From NCBI GenBank assembly GCA_020725175.1, contig DYFM01000001.1:1504-65503 (forward strand): DNA of 64,000 nucleotides. Direction: 5' to 3'. The number at the start of each line of letters is the position of its first letter. Positions within the stretch are counted from its first letter, which is position 1. The DNA is from Candidatus Paceibacter sp. (GTDB taxonomy: Bacteria; Patescibacteriota; Patescibacteriia; Magasanikbacterales; UBA922). The position numbers and the translations under genes were made by a program. Of the stretch, positions 37,020 through 45,620 are shown piece by piece. The notes below the pieces were generated by a model. That model was not told the DNA's origin. It did no database searches and saw nothing but the letters and a program-made list of their open reading frames with translations.

Positions 37020-38459
37020 TTACCGTTTCTGTTTTCTCAACTTCATAATCACCGGCGTACCAGTCAGATCAAATTGTTCTCTTAGTCTATTTTCGAGAAA
37101 GTGGAGATATGAGCGGTGGAGCGATGTGCGATATTTGATAAACAGTTCAATGACCGGGGGAGCAGTGCCGAGTTGGCGGATACCAAGAATTTCCGGGAAA
37201 CGAGTTCCTTTGCCTCGAGCCGGGCGGTGCTGGGAGACGGATTGTTTCAAAAAGAACTCAAGTGTTTTCACCGGAATCACCAGGTGACGCGCTTGCCACA
37301 CTTGCATGATGACTGGAAAAATTTGATGTACGCGATACCCGGTAAGACCACTCACAAATAAGACTTCCGCAAAGGAAAGGTGGGGAAATTCCGCCATAAT
37401 CATGCGCTTTACTTCATTTCTTCTGGTGTCACTGTTATCATCGGTCAAATCCCACTTGTTGATAAGGATAATGACACTTTTGGCACGTTTTTCGAGTAAG
37501 CCGCCGAGTTGTTTATCTTGACTTGAGATAGGTTCATTGCCATCGAGAACAAATAATATTATATCTGAGGCTTCAATGGATTGAATACTTTTACTAATTC
37601 CAATCTGTTCCAATCCTTCGCCAACTTTGGCTTTGCGACGAATACCGGCGGTGTCAACAAACTGAATTGCTTGTTGCTTTGTTTCTTCGCCCTCTTCGTA
37701 TTCATAGGTCATGAGCGTGTCAAATGGTTCGCGCGTGGTATGGGGCATGTCACTCACGATGACCCGATCTTCACCAATAAGTTTATTAAACAATGAAGAC
37801 TTACCAACATTTGGTTTTCCGATTAAACTGATATTGATGGTTCGGTTAAGATTACGAAAATCTTCCGGTTCAATTATTTCTTCTTCATCGGGAAACACTT
37901 CTTCTATTTCTTCACTTTGTGGTTTTTTACCAACTGTCTCCAGTATTCTGTATATCTTATCCAAAAGATCTCCCAAATTTTTTCCACTCGCCGCGGCAAT
38001 TAAAAATGGTGCGCCAAGTCCGAGCTTCATCCATTCATTGACTTCAAACTGTTGGGTAACTCTGGCATTATCCAACTTGTTTGCGATAAGGAGTATTGGC
38101 TTCGATGATTTTCTGAGACGCTTGGCCAGTTCTATTTCTTGTGGGAGAATACCGGCTTTTCCATCGGTAACAAACAAGATCACGTCGGCTTCTTTTACCG
38201 CTCGTTCACTTTGTTTGATAATATCTTCTTCAAGCGGTACGGTTTCATCAAACGTGAGTCCACCGGTATCGATCAGTTTTATTTCTTCTCCGCGCCATAA
38301 GACAATCCCTTCATTGCTAGTACGGGTTGTGCCAGCGACATCGGAAACAATGGCTTTATTTTCTTCAATAAGCTTGTTGAATAGTGTGGATTTTCCAACA
38401 TTGACTCTCCCGACAAGGGCGACAACAGGAAGAGAGGATTGGGTTTGGGTGCGGTTCAT
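37020..38459 (-). CDS. der: Ribosome biogenesis GTPase Der (EngA)
   Basis: Two G domains (GRVNVGKSTL/DTGG/NKLD and GKPNVGKSSL/DTAG/NKWD); C-terminal KH-like domain with LENRLRE. Confidence 0.97.
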   Translation of the reverse strand: MNRTQTQSSLPVVALVGRVNVGKSTLFNKLIEENKAIVSDVAGTTRTSNEGIVLWRGEEIKLIDTGGLTFDETVPLEEDIIKQSERAVKEADVILFVTDGKAGILPQEIELAKRLRKSSKPILLIANKLDNARVTQQFEVNEWMKLGLGAPFLIAAASGKNLGDLLDKIYRILETVGKKPQSEEIEEVFPDEEEIIEPEDFRNLNRTINISLIGKPNVGKSSLFNKLIGEDRVIVSDMPHTTREPFDTLMTYEYEEGEETKQQAIQFVDTAGIRRKAKVGEGLEQIGISKSIQSIEASDIILFVLDGNEPISSQDKQLGGLLEKRAKSVIILINKWDLTDDNSDTRRNEVKRMIMAEFPHLSFAEVLFVSGLTGYRVHQIFPVIMQVWQARHLVIPVKTLEFFLKQSVSQHRPARGKGTRFPEILGIRQLGTAPPVIELFIKYRTSLHRSYLHFLENRLREQFDLTGTPVIMKLRKQKR

Positions 38460-38511
38460 ACGGGAGGATGATTGATTCTAGAATGAGTGAGAAAATTGAT
38501 TGTGGGAGGGG

Positions 38512-39996
38512 TTATTCGCTAGTAGAGGTAGTTGAAGTTTCTTCTTCTACAATATCTTCACCGAGAATAATAAGAATATCAGTATCAGATTTGGTAATTT
38601 CGCCGGTGGGGACGGTTTGTTTAATGGGGATACGGAGCTCATTGCGAAGGGTTTGGAGAACATCTCCGGCCTGGGCATTGCTGATAAGATAGATCCCGCT
38701 CTCTGTATACGGTTTTTTTTGCGTATTGTCAACAGAGGCGACCGGTAGTCCGAGATCTTCAACTGTTTGTTTTGTCCGGGCGGCAAACCCAGGAATCCAG
38801 GTACCATTTTGAATTTCTATGGTGACTGGTGTCAAAAGAGGGGCATTTTGTGGTGGAGTATCGTCTACTACCGCCGGCTTAGTGTCAAAAACATTGGTAA
38901 ACATGTCTTTGATTTCAGTAAAATTGCCAGTACGTGGTGAAAGGATAAATGCTCCACCGGTACTGGTACCTGGAACCAAATATCCATTTGGTCCATCATC
39001 GAGGACGACCGTGATAATGTTTTTTGTATCCATCTCTTTGGCAAGACGCAGTAAGGACACCATGTCAGAAAATTGGAGGTTGGTATTGATGTGACTTTCT
39101 AGTGTGTTTAAAATGTTGTTTATCTGGACAGGATTCGCCAGTGTTCCAAATGAAAGCACTTTTTCTTTTAGTGCTAGTATGACTTTTTGTTGTCGTGCCG
39201 CTCGAGCAAAGTCTGAACCTTCGCCATTGTTTCCTTTTCGAGAACGAGCAAATTGTAGCGCGGTTTTTCCATTCATCACTTGTGGTCCTTGTTTGAATGA
39301 AACAACTTGGTACAGATGGTTGGCTGCCGGATATTCATAATCGGTAAAGGATCGCTCAACATTGACTTTTATTCCACCAATGTCATCAATTACTTTTTCA
39401 AAGCCGGCAAAATCAATGCGGGTGTAGTAGTGAATATTGATTCCAAAATTATCTTCTATGACTTTAGTAGCAAATGCTGCCCCTGCTTGTTGGGCTTTGG
39501 TTTCGCCAAAGGCATTGGCATGGTTGATTTTGTACCAACCATGACCGGCAATGTTAACTCCAAGATCACGAGGAATGGAAATCATGGCTATTTGTTCGGT
39601 GGATGGTTTGATGCTTACCACCATGATGGTATCGGTAAGAAATGGTCCGTCGTGTCCTGGTCCGCCCATTCCTAAGAGGAGAATATTGATTCGATCTTCT
39701 TCGTGTCCGGCCAACGCTTCGCTGGAACCAAAGACAAATTGTTTGATACGACTAAATACCCCTTTTGGTTTTACCGGTTCAAGCGTATCAGGGTCGTACA
39801 CAATCGGTGAGGCGGTGTCGGCCGGGTGAGAGAGGGTTTGGAATATCTTTCCACCACCAAGAATGAGAATAAAGAGTATGAAGCACAAAAAAATCACGCG
39901 GCGAAATCGTTGTGGTGGTTGTTTTGGTTCAAGAGGTGTTTTGGGAAGAAAATTTATCCGGTTTTCGTACGAAGCATCTTTCATGGAATCTTTCAT
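38512..39996 (-). CDS. LytR-CpsA-Psr (LCP) family protein with a LytR_C domain
   Basis: TM segment, RINILLLG, TDTIM, SIPRDL, KINHA, ARSR, SDFARAARQQ; C-terminal IQNGT...GFA...ILGED. Confidence 0.92.
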   Translation of the reverse strand: MKDSMKDASYENRINFLPKTPLEPKQPPQRFRRVIFLCFILFILILGGGKIFQTLSHPADTASPIVYDPDTLEPVKPKGVFSRIKQFVFGSSEALAGHEEDRINILLLGMGGPGHDGPFLTDTIMVVSIKPSTEQIAMISIPRDLGVNIAGHGWYKINHANAFGETKAQQAGAAFATKVIEDNFGINIHYYTRIDFAGFEKVIDDIGGIKVNVERSFTDYEYPAANHLYQVVSFKQGPQVMNGKTALQFARSRKGNNGEGSDFARAARQQKVILALKEKVLSFGTLANPVQINNILNTLESHINTNLQFSDMVSLLRLAKEMDTKNIITVVLDDGPNGYLVPGTSTGGAFILSPRTGNFTEIKDMFTNVFDTKPAVVDDTPPQNAPLLTPVTIEIQNGTWIPGFAARTKQTVEDLGLPVASVDNTQKKPYTESGIYLISNAQAGDVLQTLRNELRIPIKQTVPTGEITKSDTDILIILGEDIVEEETSTTSTSE

Positions 39997-40124
39997 AATA
40001 GATATGTGATAGTATACAAGAAAAAGAGGAAACTCGCAATATCATACTGCTGTATGTGTAGCGTACCGATTGTTGTATATTTTGTCGAGAGATGGTATAC
40101 TGTGGATAGCTTTAACTACATCAT

Positions 40125-40628
40125 ATGCCACAACAAATAACTCAGGAAACCGATGTCGGAGACATTTTCTATGAATGGACGGTAAAAGAGTATGAACAGT
40201 ATGAACGCAATCGTGCGTGGTACATGTTTATGTTGACGGTAGGACTTTTGTTGGTGTTATACGGAATTTTTACGCAGAATTTTTTGTTTGTCCTTATTAT
40301 CGCGTTGGCCGGGATTATTTTGTTTATCCAAAATAAGCAAGCTCCACCATCTGTTAATGTGGCGATTACTAACGTTGGGGTGGTTCTCAATAATCGCATA
40401 TATCCATATACAGAGCTCAAAGATTTTTATCTCATCTATAATCCTCCGGAAACAAAAATGTTGTACATTGATACCAAAACAATCCTACGACCATTGCTTC
40501 GCATTCCATTGGAGAATATGAATCCACTCGATATTCGCTTTAGTTTACGAGAATTTTTACCGGAAGATCTTGAAAAAGAAACCGAGCCGTTTTTGGATGA
40601 GATGACGAGAAAATGGAGAATTCAGTAG
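40125..40628 (+). CDS. Conserved hypothetical membrane protein
   Basis: W...EY...ER...WY, two TM segments, then a PH-like soluble region. Confidence 0.75.
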   Translation: MPQQITQETDVGDIFYEWTVKEYEQYERNRAWYMFMLTVGLLLVLYGIFTQNFLFVLIIALAGIILFIQNKQAPPSVNVAITNVGVVLNNRIYPYTELKDFYLIYNPPETKMLYIDTKTILRPLLRIPLENMNPLDIRFSLREFLPEDLEKETEPFLDEMTRKWRIQ

Positions 40629-40682
40629 GTTGTTTCGTAAAAAATAGCTGTATTTTTCAAGATATAGGTAAACCGTCCGGTA

Positions 40683-40711
40683 TTGACGGTTTTCGTTTTT
40701 TCGGCTATACT
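40683..40711 (+). promoter_or_regulatory. Putative sigma70 promoter of tRNA-Arg
   Basis: TTGACG-17 nt-TATACT. Confidence 0.65.
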
Positions 40712-40733
40712 ATGCTGCGTGTAAGAAATTTAG

Positions 40734-40808
40734 GCTCTCGTCGTTCAATGGATAGGACATGGGTTTGCGGAACCCAAGATCTAAGTTCGATTCTTAGCGA
40801 GAGCACCA
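40734..40808 (+). tRNA. tRNA-Arg (GCG), CCA encoded
   Basis: GCTCTCG/CGAGAGC-A-CCA; D arm GTTC-AATGGATA-GGAC; anticodon arm TGGGT-TTGCGGA-ACCCA; T arm CTAAG-TTCGATT-CTTAG. Confidence 0.96.
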
Positions 40809-40816
40809 ATAGAAGA

Positions 40817-41163
40817 GTCGTTTCCGCCCGAGGCGGACCCGCCTTGGGCGGGCAATGGATAGGACATGGGTTTGCGGAACCCAAGATCTAAGTTCGATTC
40901 TTAGCAGGTGCACAGTGTATAGGTGTTGGTTTGTCGGGTCATCCGACCCGATCGGGTTGAATAACCCGACGGAACCCAAGATCTAAGTTCTCCTCCCGAG
41001 GCGGATCCGTCCTGGGCGGAGATTCTTAGCAGGTGCACAGTGTATAGGTGTTGGTTTGTCGGGTCATCCGACCCGATCGGGTTGAATAACCCGACGGAAC
41101 CCAAGATCTAAGTTCTCCTCCCGAGGCGGATCCGTCCTGGGCGGAGATTCTTAGCGAGAGCAC
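40817..41163 (+). repeat. Three tandem 5'-truncated tRNA-Arg copies carrying 30- and 36-nt palindromic insertions
   Basis: GGAACCCAAGATCTAAGTTC recurs at 40876, 40971 and 41096; 40906-41030 and 41031-41155 are an exact 125-nt tandem duplication; inserts at 40823-40852, 40934-40969, 40991-41020, 41059-41094 and 41116-41145. Confidence 0.92.
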
Positions 41164-41164
41164 G

Positions 41165-41191
41165 AAAAAACTGCCAATATGGCAGTTTTTT
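41165..41191. terminator. Bidirectional intrinsic terminator
   Basis: aaaaaactgcca-ata-tggcagtttttt. Confidence 0.85.
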
Positions 41192-41218
41192 AAACTTGTA
41201 GTAAATGTGTGAAAGATA

Positions 41219-43196
41219 TCAACTAGTTGTTGATGAATATTTATTTTTTAACATTTTCACGAGTGCTTCGGCCGCATGTTTCGCTAGTTCTACTTTACTT
41301 ATGTTATTTTTTCTCAAATTATCATCTCCCAATGCTTCTATCATCGTGTAACAGACACCGGATGGCAGTTCTGATAAAAGCTGTCGCCAATATTTTTCAA
41401 CTGTACTACTATAACTTTCAGCAAAAAAGTTATTTCCAAAAGGAGTATTTGTCTTTTCTCCACTTATAAGAGTTACTCCATGCTGAGTAATTGTAGCTTT
41501 TGAATCATGTTTTTGAGTGCCGGAGTTTACAGCCCGTTCTGCTTTCTGGAAAATTTCAAACGCTGTTTGTTGATCTTCGATATTTACAATCGCACTGTCT
41601 GGGGTGTCATCAAGATTATCAAGTTGTGATAAGGTGCCTTTCTTGTGAAGTTCGGTGGCAATTCTTTTCGGAATAATAAAATTATTTGTGTAGAATACAT
41701 GATGCACTTTATGTTCTTGGGGATTTCCATCCTTATCAAAGGCAAACCGTGACATGTTTGGATCCATCACACGGGCATTTTTTTTGCCGGTTGTTATTGT
41801 TGTTCCTTGTATATTAGCAAACTCTTCCATCATTTTTGAGTCGGCATTTGACATGTTGCCATAGTCGCCGCGCTCTACAGGAATGGCGTACCATCCATCT
41901 TTTTTTTTTCCTCATATGAAACATATCACCGGCTACAATGCGTAAATCTACTATACTTCCGGCTTTTTTCATTCGAGTAAGTTGCTCAATCATTTCACCT
42001 TTTCCGGTGGAACTCTCTCCGGCAAATGCAAGGCCTATCCATTCTCCGCCTTTTTCTAACTGAATCTGCACACATGCTCCGTGAACAGGTAAAATAGTCT
42101 CGCCTTCCCGAAGGAGTGCTTCCGTATTCGCCATTTCGGAAATGCACTTTTTAGCGTAAGCGTGGTATCGGTGTCCTGGATCAGTATCCGTCGTCAACTT
42201 ATCAGATAAAAATCCGACATGTACTCGCTTTCCCCCTACAGGCTGGTGAGTGTAGTAGAATCTGTCATTTAAACTGTTTTCTGTAATCGTTTCGTGACTG
42301 ACTCCTAAGAAGAGAATATTGTCAAACGTCAGACCATGGAAATTTTTCGCCACCATAAATTGCTGCGAACAGGTGACAAGTTGTTCTAAAAACGTACGTT
42401 TATTAAAAATTGCTAGCGTATTTGTAACCCCAGTTCTAAGCGGTAAAGCAAGATAATCCCCCGGAACAATGGAGTCAAGTAGGGCTTTTATTTCCGGTTT
42501 ATGTTCTTCATATTTAAATCTCCCTTTTCGTTTGTTCGAGTCGGTTGTAAATATAATTTGGTTGATGAGTGGAATAACATCTGTTACGACCGGAACTTCT
42601 CTCACTATTGTGTCCAATTTTTCGTCTCCTGTTTGTATTCGTTCTTTATCTTGATCGTTAAAATGACTATACTCAATGACAAACTCATGGGTTGGATCAA
42701 GAAAAACCGATTTGTTTTCAAAGTGGAAAGGGTTTTTTTTTGTTCCTACTGCCTGTTCTATTGCACCAAACATTTGATAGAGTGACTGTTTGAGAGTGCG
42801 AAACTTTTCAATATTCTTTGTAGTTGCTTGTTCTGTGTCTTGACTTTTCATTATTCCGTAACGAATAGAGAAGGTGGTCCAGTGATTGAATAGACTCTGC
42901 AAATCTTGTCGCAATTTTGTACGATCAACCCATCGAGGTACATTTTTATTATGTATAATATCTTGTAAAATAGGCAAATTAAGTACTAAAGGTTCATAGT
43001 TTTTTTTCCACCGAGAAAAAATAGCCTTAAATTGATTACTTCCCACAATTTCTTGGGGAGATTGACACAGTTCTTCTTCGGGAGTATCTATTGGTTCTCT
43101 TGTTGGTACCGTATCGGCTGCGGTTGCTAATGCATCTTGAGATGTGATGGGTTTGTTATATTCTGGCGCTATTCCATCATTTGTTATTATGCTCAT
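41219..43196 (-). pseudogene. PEP carboxykinase-like P-loop protein split by a frameshift at an A10 tract
   Basis: ORF 41814-43196 has LPVHGACV...AGESSTGKGE...VAGDM. Removing one A at 41900-41909 reads into DGWYAIPVERGDYGN and ORF 41219-41854 (KNARVMDP). Confidence 0.65.
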
Positions 43197-43411
43197 AAAG
43201 TATTTTTATTAAACATGCTACTATGATACACCTTTGTACGAATAAGTAAATGGTTTAATGGGTTTTTTGTGGATAATTTTTTTGCTTTTGTGTATCGAGT
43301 AAGTTGGTGGGGCGCGGGACATGCGTAGTGTCTGGTAAGAAGTAGAGATGTTGGGGGAGTGAGATATGGGTTAGTAGAGTTTTTTTGCTATTCCTGCTAC
43401 AATAATTCCGT

Positions 43412-45613
43412 ATGAAGCTCACCACCAAAGTCAGTCAACTAAATCGCGTGGGGGAAGTGCTTGCTCGGCGATTGAAGCATCTCGGAATTGAAACCGTAGA
43501 GGATTTGTTATTTTACTATCCATTTCGATATGAAGATTTCAGTCAAAGCGAACAGATAAAAAAATTGAAAGAAGGAGAACAGGTGACGGTACGAGGAAAG
43601 GTGGAACTTATCGCCAATAAACGGAGTCCTCGAAAAGGAAAAATTATTACCGAAGCGGTGGTGGCTGATGACGCGGATCGGTTGCGGGTGGTGTGGTTTG
43701 GTCAGCCGTTTATCGCAAAAACAATTCATGTTGGAGATACGGTTTTTTTGTCCGGAAAAGTCTCTCGAGATATGTTTGGGCTGGTCATGAAATCACCGAG
43801 TTATGAAAAAGAAAAGAAACTTGCAAAACAGCACCTTGAAGATATTTCTTCACAGCAAAAAGATGGCGATATTGAACAGACGCACACTGGAAGGTTGGTG
43901 CCGATCTATTCTTTGACTGCCGGGATCACTCAAAAACAGCTACGTTTTTTGATTAGTCAGGTAATTTCACTCTCGTCAACACTGGAAGAATGGTTGCCGG
44001 TAGAAATATTGGAAGGGGCGGACTTGATACCAATTCAGGACGCGGTGAAAGCCATTCATTTTCCCGAAGATCGGACCGATTTGCAGCAGGCAAAAAAACG
44101 GTTGAAATTTGATGAACTATTTATTCTTCAGCTTCGGGCTGAAATGATCCGTCAGTCGATCAAACGCGAAGAAGCGCCGAAACTGGTATTTCAAGAAACA
44201 TTGATCAAAGAATTTGTTCAAAGACTACCGTTTACGTTGACCAATGCACAAAAGATTGCCACCTGGGAAATTTTACAAGATATTCAAAAATCGGAACCGA
44301 TGAACCGTTTGCTCGAAGGTGATGTGGGAAGCGGAAAAACGGTGGTGGCAGCGATGTGTCTGTATAACGCGGTGTTAAACGGGTATCAGGGAGTTTTGAT
44401 GGCACCAACGGAGATACTCGCGAAACAGCATTTTGAATCTATTGTTAGTTTGTTGGGAGAAGCATGTGCTGTCGCGTTGTTGACTGGTTCTGAAACTGGA
44501 AATTGTCAGCCCAAGGCTGATCCGCCTCGGGCGGAGAAATTGGAAATTGGGGAAAAAACAAAAAAGGGGAAAAGAGCGGAATTGTTGAAGTTTGTAAAAA
44601 ACGGAACAGCGAACATTATTGTTGGTACCCATGCGTTGTTGGTGGATGAGGTGAAGTTTAAACAGTTGGGATTGGTGATTGTGGATGAGCAGCATCGTTT
44701 TGGAGTAGAACAGCGAAAAACAATCCGCGAGAAGTCCGGGGTTGGTGGAATGACACCGCATTTCTTGAGCATGACGGCGACTCCAATTCCGCGTTCATTT
44801 GCGCTGACGCTCTACGGCGATTTAGATTTATCAATTATCAATCAAATGCCGGCCAATCGAAAGCCTATTCAGACACGACTCGTTGATCCGCATCAACGGG
44901 AGAAAGCCTATGGATTTATTCGATCTCAAGTGAAAGAAGGGAGGCAGGTATTTGTGATTTGTCCGTTGATTAGCAAGGAACAAGGAACAAGGAACAAGGA
45001 ACAAGATGTTGAGCCATCGCGTTTACTATCTTTGCAGGATGAGAGAAAGACCGTGATGGAGGAATATGAAAAATTGAAAAATCATGTTTTTCCGGATTTG
45101 CGTGTGGGGTATTTGCACGGGAAAATGAAATCGGCGGAGAAAGATGTGATGATGAAGCAGTTTGCGGCCGGAGAGATTGATATTTTGGTGTCGACGTCGG
45201 TGGTTGAGGTTGGGGTAAATATTCCAAATGCCTCGGTCATGATGATTGAGGGGGCGGAGCGTTTTGGACTCGCGCAGTTGCATCAGTTTCGGGGGCGAGT
45301 AGGGCGAAGCGAGTATCAGTCGTATTGCTTTTTGTTTACCGAAAGTCAGTCGGACAGCTCGCGAGGGAGACTGGAATTTTTTGAAAAAACTCTTGATGGT
45401 TTCAAACTGGCTGAATATGATCTCAATACGCGAGGTCCCGGAGAAGTCTATGGTACGTCCCAAAGTGGCCTCATGAATTTTCGGTTGGCAAGTATGAAGG
45501 ATACTGCTATAATCAAACTGGCCCGAGATACGGCCCGGGGAATTGATTTTGAAAAATACCCGTTACTTAAGGAAAAAGTAAAAGAATGGGAGGGGAGAGT
45601 ACATTTGGAATGA
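43412..45613 (+). CDS. recG: ATP-dependent DNA helicase RecG with two repeat-derived in-frame insertions
   Basis: RLLEGDVGSGKT, APTEILAKQH, DEQHRFGV, MTATPIPR, EVGVNIPNA, QLHQFRGRVGR, RGPGE. Confidence 0.97.
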   Translation: MKLTTKVSQLNRVGEVLARRLKHLGIETVEDLLFYYPFRYEDFSQSEQIKKLKEGEQVTVRGKVELIANKRSPRKGKIITEAVVADDADRLRVVWFGQPFIAKTIHVGDTVFLSGKVSRDMFGLVMKSPSYEKEKKLAKQHLEDISSQQKDGDIEQTHTGRLVPIYSLTAGITQKQLRFLISQVISLSSTLEEWLPVEILEGADLIPIQDAVKAIHFPEDRTDLQQAKKRLKFDELFILQLRAEMIRQSIKREEAPKLVFQETLIKEFVQRLPFTLTNAQKIATWEILQDIQKSEPMNRLLEGDVGSGKTVVAAMCLYNAVLNGYQGVLMAPTEILAKQHFESIVSLLGEACAVALLTGSETGNCQPKADPPRAEKLEIGEKTKKGKRAELLKFVKNGTANIIVGTHALLVDEVKFKQLGLVIVDEQHRFGVEQRKTIREKSGVGGMTPHFLSMTATPIPRSFALTLYGDLDLSIINQMPANRKPIQTRLVDPHQREKAYGFIRSQVKEGRQVFVICPLISKEQGTRNKEQDVEPSRLLSLQDERKTVMEEYEKLKNHVFPDLRVGYLHGKMKSAEKDVMMKQFAAGEIDILVSTSVVEVGVNIPNASVMMIEGAERFGLAQLHQFRGRVGRSEYQSYCFLFTESQSDSSRGRLEFFEKTLDGFKLAEYDLNTRGPGEVYGTSQSGLMNFRLASMKDTAIIKLARDTARGIDFEKYPLLKEKVKEWEGRVHLE
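44492..44549. repeat. GAAATTG heptamer array interrupted by the 30-nt palindrome, in frame in recG
   Basis: gaaactg gaaattg [tcagcccaaggctgatccgcctcgggcgga, 44506-44535] gaaattg gaaattg. Confidence 0.88.
44974..45006 (+). repeat. CAAGGAA heptamer tandem repeat inside recG
   Basis: (caaggaa)x4 caaga, encoding KEQGTRNKEQD. Confidence 0.88.
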
Positions 45614-45620
45614 TGTTATT

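Noticed and set aside
40613-41104. Short ORFs 40613-40891, 40794-40979 and 40901-41104
   Set aside because: They are translations of the tRNA and its repeats
40769-41115. Four copies of GGAACCCAAGATCTAAGTTC that resemble a CRISPR array
   Set aside because: The repeat is part of the tRNA-Arg anticodon and T arms, the intervening sequences are tRNA-derived or duplicated, and no cas genes are present
40817-41163. Intron-containing or permuted functional tRNAs
   Set aside because: The copies lack a 5' acceptor strand (two also lack the D arm), and the same 30-nt insert occurs in recG, so mobile palindromes explain the pattern better
41151-41163. attR of an integrated prophage or island (repeat of the tRNA 3' end)
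   Set aside because: Only about 350 nt of repeats lie between the two ends and no integrase is present; a deleted-island relic cannot be excluded
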